From a virus (taxonomy: Duplodnaviria; Caudoviricetes), in IMG/VR virus record IMGVR_UViG_2897059268_000002, positions 15,728-79,727 of that record: a stretch of DNA of 64,000 nt, one strand, 5' to 3'. The position numbers and the translations under genes were made by a program. Position 1 is the first letter of the stretch, and each line of letters starts with the position of its first letter. The notes under the pieces are model-generated. The model saw only the letters and a list, made by a program, of their open reading frames with translations. It searched no databases and was not told where the DNA came from. Below are positions 18,842-27,643 of the stretch, piece by piece.

Positions 18842-20839
18842 GTGGCTGACAGCCAGAAGGCCGACCTGTGGAAGGCCATCAAGCACCCCCGCATGAGGCC
18901 CTGGCTGACCGTTGCCGCCGAGGTCCCCGCCACCTTCGCCTCCCACCACTACTGGGGGAACTCCGTACCCGCCGCGATCGGCCTCACCGTCGCCGCAGGG
19001 GTACTCACCGCTGCCACCTGGTGGGCAGGCGAAGGAACCCGGCCCGGGCGGCGTATCCACGCCACCCTGTCCACCGGCCTCGGCACCTCCTACCTCGTCG
19101 TCGGTACCGCCGTCGGCCCGTTCGACCCGGCGCTCGCCTCCACCCTCGTCATCGGCGGTGCCGTCGCCGCCGGGTCGTGGAACATCCGCCAGGCCCTCCG
19201 CGTCAACGTCGACCCGCAGAAGGCTGGCGGCAACGCCGAGACCGGGGTCCTCGTCAAGGCCATCGGCGAAGCCAAGGTCGCCCTCCGCGGCAAGCCGAAG
19301 ATCGAACCCAACAAGGTCACCGCACCCCTCCAGCTGTCCGCCGGGCAGGTCACCTCCGACGACCTCGGGAACCGCATCAAGCACATCGCCGGTGAACTCG
19401 GCGTCTCCCCGACCAGCATCCGCGTCATCCCCGACCCCGACGACGCCGCCCGCGCCACCCTCGTTGTCGTACCCAAGGACGAACTGAAGCAGCCCACTCC
19501 CTGGCCCGGCCCATCCGCTCCGGGCGGCAGCATCACCGACCCCATCGTCATCGGCATCTACGAAGACGGCGAGGAAACCCGACTGTGGTTCCCCGCCGGC
19601 CCGGGGCGGAACGCCACCCACTTCCTCACTGCGGGCATGAACGGCTCCGGGAAGTCCGCTGGCCAGTCCGTTGCAATCGCCGAGGCCCTGACCCGCCGCG
19701 ATGTCATCGTCTGGGCCGTTGACCCGTCCAAGGGCATGCAGACGTTCGCCCCGTTCCTGCCCCACCTCGACTGGGTCGAGATGACCGAGGCCGGCGGCAA
19801 CGAGATGATCGACGCCCTCACTCAGGTCATCACCGCCCGCGCCAACACCCTCGGGCAGCACGGCTACAAGAACTGGACCCCGCAGGCCCACGACCAGCTC
19901 GGCATGCCCTACCTGATCGTGTGGATCGAGGAGGCGGCCAAGTTCTTCCGCAACGGCACAGAGATGGAAGGCCTCGTCATGGAGGCCCGGTCCGCCGGGA
20001 TCAGCGTCATCATCAGCCTCCAGCGGCCCTCCGCCACCAGCATGCCCACCGACGTCCGCGAGCAGCTCGGCGGTGCCATCTGCTTCGGCGTCAAGGGCTC
20101 CACCACCGCCGACATGGCGCTCCCCGACGACGTTCGCGACGCCGGCGCCCGCCCCGAAGCGTGGGAGAACCGCAAGCCCGGCTACGCCTACCTCGTCGCC
20201 CCCGGCGTCGACGAAGACCGGTACGCCACCCCGCTGCGTACCTACCTCATCGACGACGACCAGATCACCGGGGCGCTCTCGATCCTGCCCCGCACCCCCA
20301 TCGACCCTGTTACCGCTGCCGCAGCCGGTGACGCCTACACCAACCGCACCCGATACGACGCTGACACCCCCCTGGCCAGCAACGACACTGACAGGCAGGA
20401 GAACGTCCTCATGAGCAAGGACGACAACGAGCAGGCCGAGAAGGCGCTGCTGGAGAAGCAGGTCGACCGGGAGATCGACGCCATGGTCGGCGACGACCCC
20501 GACGACGACGGGTTCGTTCCCGACGTTGACGCCGAGCAGGAGATCGCCCCGGTGAGCGAGGTGTGGTCGTTCGGGCAGGCCAAGGCCCCCGTCGAGGAGA
20601 AGACGCCGGAGGCCGGCATGGAGGCCCTGATGGCGATGCTGGCCGAGTTCCGGGCGGAGGAGCGGGAGTTCATCGGCCCGAAGGACTTCGGCCCGTTCGG
20701 GAAGGGGCAGCGCATCGGGAGGGCCCGTTCCTGGGTGTCAGGAACCCTCGGAGACCTGTCAGACGCCGGGATTCACCTGTCAGAAACGGACAAGCCGGGG
20801 GTGTACAGGCTGCTGTACCCGGAGCTGGCGGAGGTCTGA
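18842..20839 (+). CDS. traB: TraB, FtsK/SpoIIIE-like conjugative dsDNA translocase
   Basis: N-terminal TM segments, Walker A AGMNGSGKS, Walker B LIVWIEEAA, EARSAGISVIISLQRP, C-terminal wHTH. Confidence 0.9.
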   Translation: MADSQKADLWKAIKHPRMRPWLTVAAEVPATFASHHYWGNSVPAAIGLTVAAGVLTAATWWAGEGTRPGRRIHATLSTGLGTSYLVVGTAVGPFDPALASTLVIGGAVAAGSWNIRQALRVNVDPQKAGGNAETGVLVKAIGEAKVALRGKPKIEPNKVTAPLQLSAGQVTSDDLGNRIKHIAGELGVSPTSIRVIPDPDDAARATLVVVPKDELKQPTPWPGPSAPGGSITDPIVIGIYEDGEETRLWFPAGPGRNATHFLTAGMNGSGKSAGQSVAIAEALTRRDVIVWAVDPSKGMQTFAPFLPHLDWVEMTEAGGNEMIDALTQVITARANTLGQHGYKNWTPQAHDQLGMPYLIVWIEEAAKFFRNGTEMEGLVMEARSAGISVIISLQRPSATSMPTDVREQLGGAICFGVKGSTTADMALPDDVRDAGARPEAWENRKPGYAYLVAPGVDEDRYATPLRTYLIDDDQITGALSILPRTPIDPVTAAAAGDAYTNRTRYDADTPLASNDTDRQENVLMSKDDNEQAEKALLEKQVDREIDAMVGDDPDDDGFVPDVDAEQEIAPVSEVWSFGQAKAPVEEKTPEAGMEALMAMLAEFRAEEREFIGPKDFGPFGKGQRIGRARSWVSGTLGDLSDAGIHLSETDKPGVYRLLYPELAEV

Positions 20840-21017
20840 CACCTCGGGGTGTCAGCGCTGACACCCCCTCTGACCTGCGGTGACACCGTTCTGACACGGT
20901 TCTGACACTCCGAAGGTGTCAGAACCGGTGTCAGAAGCCCTCCGGAGGGCTGATTCCTATAGGTCATGCGCGTGCGCGCGCGTGGCCGCCCCCGCGATGA
21001 CACCCCAACCTGACACA
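20836..21017. repeat. clt-like locus (cis-acting locus of transfer) with TGACAC repeats
   Basis: (C)TGACAC at 20836, 20858, 20880, 20891, 20902, 20997, 21010 and inverted GGTGTCAG at 20848, 20915, 20927, directly after the traB stop. Confidence 0.8.
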
Positions 21018-21029
21018 GGAGACAAAACC

Positions 21030-21461
21030 GTGAAAAGCCCCGAAACGGACGGAGGTTGGGCCAAGGTACTCGCCGCCGCACTCCGCACCTGGACCACCGT
21101 CGACAACGACCCCGAACCCCCCGTCGCACGCCTCGAAATCCGCTACCCGCCCCACTGGGCGTTCACCTCCACCAACAACATCACCGCCCGCCAGCAAGCC
21201 CGGCTCCTCGCGTTCCTCCGCGACGACCTCGCCGAAAACCGGCCCGGACACTCCACCCCCGAACGCGCCGCCGCAGTCATCCACGGCCTCATCACCGAAC
21301 ACGCCGCCGCCGGCCACACCCGCATCACCACCGCAGACCTCGCCGAAGCCGCACCCCGCATCGGCCGGTCCCGAACCTGGATCGCCGCCCACATCACCGA
21401 CCTCATCGACGACGGCGTCCTCCACGAAACCAGGCGCCCCGACACCTTCCGCATCAACTAG
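21030..21461 (+). CDS. wHTH protein paralogous to the TraB C-terminal DNA-recognition domain
   Basis: RIGRSRTWIAAHITDLIDDGVLHETRRPDTFRI versus TraB RIGRARSWVSGTLGDLSDAGIHLSETDKPGVYRL. Confidence 0.75.
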   Translation: MKSPETDGGWAKVLAAALRTWTTVDNDPEPPVARLEIRYPPHWAFTSTNNITARQQARLLAFLRDDLAENRPGHSTPERAAAVIHGLITEHAAAGHTRITTADLAEAAPRIGRSRTWIAAHITDLIDDGVLHETRRPDTFRIN

Positions 21462-21469
21462 GAGGCCCC

Positions 21470-21664
21470 GTGTTCACCGGAACCCCCGCCGAACTCCGGC
21501 GCCGCGAACAGCAGGCAGCCGAGTACGCCGCACAGGTCGCCGACCTCCTCAACGCCATCCACCAGCTGGGCATCGGCGTCGTCATATCCACCTCGAACCG
21601 GGTCGCTGGACCCGGCTTCGCCATCCGCCCCGTAAACGGCCGCTGGGCCGTCGACCATCACTAG
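21470..21664 (+). CDS. Small hypothetical protein
   Basis: RBS AGGAGG. Confidence 0.6.
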   Translation: MFTGTPAELRRREQQAAEYAAQVADLLNAIHQLGIGVVISTSNRVAGPGFAIRPVNGRWAVDHH

Positions 21665-21673
21665 GAGCCCACC

Positions 21674-22153
21674 GTGCAGCTGCCCGAGCAGCCCGTCGCC
21701 GGGCAGCCCGACACCACCATCCGCCGCAACGCCGACCAGCTCATGGCCGCCATCAACAAGATCCAGGTCGAGACGCCAACCTCGTACCGCGACAACACCC
21801 CGCTCCCCGCGGTCGGCCTCACCCCGCCCGTCCAGCAGCCCGGCCCGCCCCCGATGTCGCAGTGGGCGATCGACGCGAGCGGGGTCCTGAAGGCCGTGTC
21901 CGTGGCGTCCCTGCCGATCGGCGGCGCCCTGTGGATCGTCGGCCAGATCGAACCGTGGGCCCTCGGCATCATCCTCGGCTCGCCAGCCGTCGCAGCCCTC
22001 GCCGTCGCCCGGCTGGTCGCGAAGGTCAAGGACGCCAACCAGGCCGCCCCGCAGCCGGTTGTGCAGCACTTCCACGGCACCGTCCACCACGACGAGCGCA
22101 CCGTCACCAGCACCACCCGCGGCGTCATCGCAAAGACCCAGAACCGGCACTGA
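21674..22153 (+). CDS. 2-TM membrane protein (possibly SpdD-like)
   Basis: Pro-rich N-terminus, two TM segments, QHFHGTVHHDERTV tail; transfer-region context. Confidence 0.55.
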   Translation: MQLPEQPVAGQPDTTIRRNADQLMAAINKIQVETPTSYRDNTPLPAVGLTPPVQQPGPPPMSQWAIDASGVLKAVSVASLPIGGALWIVGQIEPWALGIILGSPAVAALAVARLVAKVKDANQAAPQPVVQHFHGTVHHDERTVTSTTRGVIAKTQNRH

Positions 22154-22231
22154 CCCAATCTGATCACTTCCCCCGCAACGGGGCCCACCCGCCGATAACC
22201 TCCGATCTCACACACAATCCCTGGGGGGACC

Positions 22232-22750
22232 ATGAGTACCGAAACGCCGCCACCAGTCGAACCACCCGACGCCCCCGCAGCGCCGCCCATGCCCACCGAA
22301 CCCCCGGCCGTGGCACCGAAGAAGCAGCCCTCCCCGCTCCTTGCCGGGCTCCTCGGCCTGGCCATCGGGGCCGGCGCCGTCGGCGGAGTCTGGGCGTACA
22401 CCGCACGCGACACCGCGCCGCCCAAGCCCGACACCTTCACGCTCAAGGGCACCTTCACTCTCATGGAAAACGCCACTGAAGACGAGGAGACCGGCTGCTA
22501 CGGCACTGGCGGATACGACGACATCAAGGAAGGTGCGTCCGTCACCGTTTACGACGGCGCCGGGGGCATTGCCGCCACTGGCTCTCTCGGCCACTCCGAG
22601 TACATCGCAGGGCTCTGCATGTACGACATAGCCGTCAAGGACGTGCCGGCGGACCAGAAGTTCTACCAAGTCGAGGTGTCCCACCGGGGGAAGGTCCACC
22701 TCACCGTGAAGCAGGCCAAGGCTGGCGAGCTCACCGCGTCCCTCGGCTGA
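22232..22750 (+). CDS. Single-TM exported protein
   Basis: Pro-rich N-terminus, one TM, C-terminal CYGTGGYDDI...GASVTVYDG...FYQVEVSHRG domain. Confidence 0.75.
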   Translation: MSTETPPPVEPPDAPAAPPMPTEPPAVAPKKQPSPLLAGLLGLAIGAGAVGGVWAYTARDTAPPKPDTFTLKGTFTLMENATEDEETGCYGTGGYDDIKEGASVTVYDGAGGIAATGSLGHSEYIAGLCMYDIAVKDVPADQKFYQVEVSHRGKVHLTVKQAKAGELTASLG

Positions 22751-22758
22751 CTAGATCA

Positions 22759-22806
22759 ACGCACAACGAGGCCCCCGGACCAGACCGGCCCGGGGCCTCG
22801 TTGCGT
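22759..22806. terminator. Stem-loop terminator, probably bidirectional
   Basis: CAACGAGGCCCC...GGGGCCTCGTTG. Confidence 0.7.
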
Positions 22807-23275
22807 GGCAGAGCCGCCGCACGGTTGCCACATCAACCGCTTGGCATATGACGTAGGCATAGTTACAGCGTGTGGGGCCGTGACTAGACCCACAACGCCA
22901 CATCCTCCAAACGGGTGACGCCGTCACAGATTCAAGAACCGGAATTCGCTATGGACGTTGACTTAGCGTGTACAAGTGAAACGCCCCAGCACGCCAGCGA
23001 ACAACTGGCGAGCCGGGGCGCAGCAACGGGAGGAGGTCAGGAACGGATGAACCGAAGCACCTTGTCCCGCAACAACCCGACACCAGCCGGGGCGTACACC
23101 GCGAACTTCAAGCACGCAACCAGCGTCACAGCCGGCCCGATTGCCAACCAGGGGTCCACCCCCTCCACGGCGACCAACTCGGTGAACGACACGCCGCCCA
23201 CCAACACCAACACCGAGTCGGTGGCCGGATGAGAACTGCGACCAGGCGCCGCCAGGTCGCGGCCAGAGGCATTAA

Positions 23276-24161
23276 CTGATCGTTTCAGAATGAGTTGAGC
23301 CGTGGGTCTTGCGCTCGACGATCTTGGTCGGCAGGGTGTCCGGCGTGCGTGCTGATCTTGTTCCGGATGACCTGTGGGAGCGGGTGGCCCCGCTGCTGCC
23401 GCCCGCCCCCGAACGGCGCCATCGCCACCCGGGGCGGCTGCGTGTTCCCGATCGAGTGGCGCTCGCCGGCGTCTTGTATGTGCTGCGGACCGGTGTCGCG
23501 TGGCGTGACGTCCCCGCGGAGGCGGTGGGCTGTTCCGGAGTGACGGCCTGGCGCCGACTGCGGGACTGGACCGAGGCTGGTGTCTGGCCGCGCCTGCACG
23601 CGGCCCTGTTGACCGAGCTTCGCCGCGCCGGCCTGCTGGACCTGGACGACTGCTCCGTGGACGGATCGCACGTCCGGGCGCTCAAAGGGGGGACCACGTC
23701 GGACCCTCGCCCGTCGATCGGGCCCGCTCCGGCTCGAAGCACCACCTGATCGTCGACCGTCACGGAACCCCGCTCGCCGTCACGCTCACCGGCGGTAACC
23801 GGCACGACGTCACCCAGCTCCTTCCTCTGCTCGACGCCGTTCCGTCGATCCGGGGTCTGCGGGGGCGTCCCCGTCGCAAGCCCCGGCGTCTGTATGCCGA
23901 CCGGGGCTACGACTTCGACAAGTACCGCCGCCTGCTGTGGAAGCGGGGCATCAAGCCGATGATCGCCCGGCGCGGCGTCGCCCACGGCTCCGGACTGGGC
24001 AAGGTGCGCTGGGTGGTCGAGCGCGCCTTCGCCTGGCTGCACCAGTTCAAACGACTCCGCACCCGCTACGAACGACGCGCCGATCTCCACCAGGGCCTGC
24101 TCGAACTGGCCTGCAGCCTCATATGCCTGCGCCGCCTCCGAACTTCATTCTGAAAGATCAG
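23276..24161 (+). mobile_element. IS5 family insertion sequence (886 bp)
   Basis: IRL CTGATCGTTTCAGAATGAG (23276-23294), IRR CTTCATTCTGAAAGATCAG (24143-24161), TAA on both sides. Confidence 0.92.
23345..24153 (+). CDS. IS5 family transposase in two frames joined by a programmed -1 frameshift
   Basis: DDLWERVAPLLP, YVLRTGVAW, DGSHVRA; AAAGGGGGG at 23684-23692; RWVVERAFAWL...RLRTRYER. Confidence 0.9.
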
Positions 24162-24234
24162 TAATCAGTAAGGGGCGATGCTCCGAAGTTGGTGCAGGGT
24201 AGCGAAGTCGGGTTCCTGCCCTTGCGAGCTGAAC

Positions 24235-24561
24235 TCAGGTGAGGTCGAAGGTGACGCTCACGGAGCCGTCCCAGTCCGGTGCCTCCACGAGCGTGAGGGC
24301 CCCATCCTCGGCCTCGACGACTCGCACCGTGATCTCGCCGCAGTCCTCACCTGGAAACGCAATGGAAAAGTGGGGATCCATCTCCATGAGGAAGTCCCAG
24401 CCCTCGCGTTGGGTCGCGTCAAGGGCGTTGGCATGCTGACCGGTAGCCCGCCACTTGCCGTCCGCGTCGACAGTGGCAGTGATGTTGATGTCGTACGTCT
24501 CTAGGCAAATCGACTGATTAGCCCACCATTCGAGGCGGCCCTGACCCACGAATCGATCCAT
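24235..24561 (-). CDS. Hypothetical acidic cargo protein carried between the inner and outer IRs
   Basis: 108-aa ORF MDRFVGQGRLEWWANQSICL... Confidence 0.6.
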   Translation of the reverse strand: MDRFVGQGRLEWWANQSICLETYDINITATVDADGKWRATGQHANALDATQREGWDFLMEMDPHFSIAFPGEDCGEITVRVVEAEDGALTLVEAPDWDGSVSVTFDLT

Positions 24562-24712
24562 GAGCACACTATGCAGCCGTGCATGCCGACCGGGCGAGCC
24601 TGCACGACTGCCGGCCGTCGTGGGACAGGTCGCGACACAGAATTGCATGGGCAGACCGGACGGGCCCTCGCCTCATCCGGCGGTACCCCATACGCCTCCG
24701 CCGCCTCGCGAC

Positions 24713-24734
24713 CTCATTCTGAAACCATCAGTAA
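24713..24734 (-). repeat. Third (outer) IS5-type terminal inverted repeat plus TAA
   Basis: CTCATTCTGAAACCATCAG-TAA; its reverse complement differs from IRL at 1 of 19 positions. Confidence 0.85.
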
Positions 24735-24965
24735 GCCCCTGGCCCGCAGGGGATTGATCCATAGCTAATTCCTCTGTGAGGCGTCACCCCTCGCCTGCTC
24801 TGCTTTGCCGGCTACGAGGGTGAGGGGTGACGCGGTCCGTAGGCGCAATAGCGCTTCAGATGACACAACGACACCCGTAAGCGTTTGAGGACCCATATCC
24901 AGGTCGACCACCCCATGGTGTGAACGCCCGAAACCTCGCGCTACCCGCGGGCGTTTACCTACGGC

Positions 24966-25148
24966 TCACCGAACGGCTAGGCCCCGGACCTCTTGGTCCG
25001 GGGCCTTGCGTGTGGCACGGGCGATCCATGCCCCGCCGAGCCGGTCCGTGGGCGGCAGGGTCACCTCGACGTGCAGCAGCCGGCGCAGGTCATCCAACGC
25101 CTGCTGGCACTCCGCCTGGGTGCGACCGTGGACCGTGTACCTCGCCAT
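24966..25148 (-). CDS. Small hypothetical protein
   Basis: MARYTVHGRTQAECQQALDDL...GGAWIARA. Confidence 0.5.
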   Translation of the reverse strand: MARYTVHGRTQAECQQALDDLRRLLHVEVTLPPTDRLGGAWIARATRKAPDQEVRGLAVR

Positions 25149-25246
25149 GGGGGCATTCTGCCGGGGGAGCGGGGGCGGTGAGGTCGGAACCAGATATGAC
25201 GCCCCATCCACAGATACCCTGACCCCGTCGACACCAAGGGGGGCAC

Positions 25247-25699
25247 GTGGACTACAGGGTGCGCTGCTACGTCCCAGGGAAGCCGCCCCGCGAGTGGCAC
25301 TACCCGACACGCCGCCAAGCCGACAAGCAGTGCGACGGCATCCTCCGAACCGCCCGGCAAGAAGGCGCCCCCGTCACCGTCATTCTCCGCCCCCCAAGCG
25401 GCAAATCGGAGCGCACCGTCCTCGAAGCCGGCCAACCCAAGCTTCAACTCTCACCCTCGATCGTCGCTAGACGCGAAGCAGGGGCAGTCGCGCGGCGGCA
25501 GCAGCAACGGGAGGCCGAAGCCGCTGCCGCTGCGGTGCCGCCACCCGAGCCGACCATCCCCGGGTGGCAGATCGCGTTGTTCTTCCTTATGGCGTTGATC
25601 GGGGCGCTGCCGCGACGAAGCCACCGCGGCACCGCGCGCATCTTCACCGGGAACACGTGGGGGAGTGGCGGAGGCGGCGACTTCGGCGGCGACCTGTAG
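25247..25699 (+). CDS. Hypothetical protein with a C-terminal hydrophobic segment
   Basis: RBS AAGGGGG, 150-aa ORF. Confidence 0.6.
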   Translation: MDYRVRCYVPGKPPREWHYPTRRQADKQCDGILRTARQEGAPVTVILRPPSGKSERTVLEAGQPKLQLSPSIVARREAGAVARRQQQREAEAAAAAVPPPEPTIPGWQIALFFLMALIGALPRRSHRGTARIFTGNTWGSGGGGDFGGDL

Positions 25700-25738
25700 C
25701 CGAGGTCGCCGCACCGGCATGGACGCGGTGGCCGCCGG

Positions 25739-26032
25739 CTAGTCGTGCGGGTAGTCGTTGTGTTCGACGTAGGGGGCGGCGAGGAGCCGCAGCTGGTACT
25801 CGGCGGTCTGGCCGGCCTCCCCGCCCGCACCCAGGTACGGGATCACGGTGTCCTCCAGCAGCGTGAGATGCACCTCCGCCGCGGCAACGGAGAACCTGGC
25901 GTGCCGGGCGGCGTCCTCGGGGGCGACACCGAACCGCTCGGGATCCTGGGTGACCGTGCTGCTCGCGAACCGGGCCTTCTCCAGCTCCTCGGCGAACCGG
26001 GCCGTGAGGAAGGCCGCCAAGGCGTCGGTCAT
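25739..26032 (-). CDS. Hypothetical protein (DUF6221-like)
   Basis: MTDALAAFLTARFAEE...LRLLAAPYVEHNDY. Confidence 0.6.
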   Translation of the reverse strand: MTDALAAFLTARFAEELEKARFASSTVTQDPERFGVAPEDAARHARFSVAAAEVHLTLLEDTVIPYLGAGGEAGQTAEYQLRLLAAPYVEHNDYPHD

Positions 26033-26301
26033 GAGGGCTCTCCTTCGGGCTTGAGCTTGCCGACGGTCGGCGGGCGGAGGCGCTCGACTCCCTCGGCGCG
26101 GGCGATGCGCCGGAAGTATTCCGGGGTGAGTCCGGTGAGCTTCGCCAGCTGGCTGACCGTTGCCCCAGCTTTGAGGTCGGCTGCCGCTTGCTCCCGGACT
26201 GGGTCTTTGAGCTCTGCTTCGGCTTCGCGGGCGCGCTTGTAGCGGGCGTAGAGCCGGGTGGCTTCTTCGTCGGGGGCGTAGTCGGTGGCCATAGGGGTCA
26301 T
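26029..26301 (-). CDS. Small HTH repressor-like protein
   Basis: GATVSQLAKLTGLTPEYFRRIAR HTH; divergent from an operon across operator-like repeats. Confidence 0.75.
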   Translation of the reverse strand: MTPMATDYAPDEEATRLYARYKRAREAEAELKDPVREQAAADLKAGATVSQLAKLTGLTPEYFRRIARAEGVERLRPPTVGKLKPEGEPS

Positions 26302-26304
26302 GGT

Positions 26305-26410
26305 CCCACATTTGTTGGCCACCGATAAGGCCACCGGGTTGCCCTAGCTAAAGAATCATGATGGCCAATGCGTTGGCCTCTTGCGTGGGCAACGCGTTGG
26401 CCTATATGTT
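26305..26410. promoter_or_regulatory. Divergent promoter region with four 16-bp operator-like palindromes
   Basis: GGCCAA-N4-TTGGCC variants at 26305, 26329, 26363, 26387; TTGCGT-18-TATGTT promoter. Confidence 0.7.
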
Positions 26411-26452
26411 GGAGTCATCGCCAAGCCGCACAGCACCACCCGAGGGGGACCC

Positions 26453-26854
26453 GTGATCGCCAGCAACCGCACCCGCCGGACACTCCGCACCATCGCCGCC
26501 ACCCACCGCGCCGCCCGCCACACGGCGAAGGCCCTCAAGTACCGGTGCCTCTCCGGCCTCATCGCCATCGCCGTCGACGCAGGCACTCTCATCAAGACCG
26601 GCGACATGCTCGACCGGCTCGGCGCCGACGACCTCAAAGACGGCTTCAAGTCCTGGTACGGCCGACACGTCAAGAAGGCGTACATCGCCGCCAACGGGCA
26701 GCCCCCGGTCATGGTGTGGGCGCAGCACCGCACCACCGGGAAGTGGATTCACGTCGCCGCCTACCAGCCCCTCGACCGGGCCCTGATCATCGGCCTCGCC
26801 ACGTACAAGCAGACCCGGCACCTGGTCGCCGACAACTTCGCGGAGTGCGCCTAG
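26453..26854 (+). CDS. Hypothetical phage protein
   Basis: RBS GAGGGGG, strong GC3 bias. Confidence 0.7.
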   Translation: MIASNRTRRTLRTIAATHRAARHTAKALKYRCLSGLIAIAVDAGTLIKTGDMLDRLGADDLKDGFKSWYGRHVKKAYIAANGQPPVMVWAQHRTTGKWIHVAAYQPLDRALIIGLATYKQTRHLVADNFAECA

Positions 26855-26911
26855 ACCAACTTCGCGGCGCACCAGACGATCACCACCGGAAACCCGATCA
26901 GGGAGCACCCG

Positions 26912-27409
26912 ATGATCGACACCCTCGGCTTCCACACCGACGACGACCTCCACGCCGAGCTCGCCAACCTCGACCGGCGCATCAGCGACCTCGCCACCCA
27001 GATCGACCACGGCCGCTTCCACAGCCTCGAAGCCGACCGGAACATTCGCGCCTACCACGCGTCCCTCCTGGGCGCACGCCCCAAGCTCGCCGCCCAGGTC
27101 GCCGAGGCCGACGCCGACACCGACCGGCTCCTCGACGCGGTCAACGCCGTCGGCGACGCCGTCCTCGGGTTCATCGCCTACGTCGTGTACGGGCCGGTCG
27201 TGCTGCCCGTCCCGCCGCTCCACGAGGTCCGCGTTGTCGAGCGCGACGGCGGCTACACCGTCCCCGGAACCGTCCGCCGTCGTGTGCCGGCCGACCAGGT
27301 CGCCGCCGTGGAGCGGGAACTGCGGACCGCGGTGGCGGCCCCGGGCGGGCACGCCTGGATCTGGGGCCGGACGATCCGCGCCTACCGCACCCAGGTCACC
27401 GCGTACTGA
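26912..27409 (+). CDS. Hypothetical phage protein
   Basis: RBS AGGGAG, GC3 bias. Confidence 0.7.
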   Translation: MIDTLGFHTDDDLHAELANLDRRISDLATQIDHGRFHSLEADRNIRAYHASLLGARPKLAAQVAEADADTDRLLDAVNAVGDAVLGFIAYVVYGPVVLPVPPLHEVRVVERDGGYTVPGTVRRRVPADQVAAVERELRTAVAAPGGHAWIWGRTIRAYRTQVTAY

Positions 27410-27466
27410 CCACCACTGCCCATCCTGCGGCGGACTTCCCCCCGCCCTGCCTCCGGAAGGACCCCG

Positions 27467-27643
27467 ATGACCGACAAGAGCAGCGAGGAGCTCCGCTTCG
27501 TCGTGGAGCAGCACGGTCGGCGCAGCTTCTACGTCTTCGACCGGACCACCGGCCTGAGCCGCCACCCGAGCTTCACCCGCCGGGGTGCGCAGAAGATCGC
27601 TGACCACAAGAACGCCGAGCACGCCGCTGGAGGCACCCGATGA
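27467..27643 (+). CDS. Small hypothetical protein (58 aa)
   Basis: RBS GAAGGA, ATGA overlap with the next gene. Confidence 0.6.
   Translation: MTDKSSEELRFVVEQHGRRSFYVFDRTTGLSRHPSFTRRGAQKIADHKNAEHAAGGTR

Larger units (their letters stand above)
23037..24762 (-). pseudogene. 88-aa membrane-protein gene split by the IS5-plus-cargo insertion
   Basis: Joining 24762-24735 to 23275-23037 gives the in-frame MDQSPAGQGLNASGRDL...VLVLVGGVSF...LRFIRS*, with RBS AGAGGA upstream. Confidence 0.75.

Noticed and set aside
23272-24090. 272-aa minus-strand ORF across the IS
   Set aside because: Antisense shadow of the IS5 transposase; the + strand carries the DDE-family motifs.
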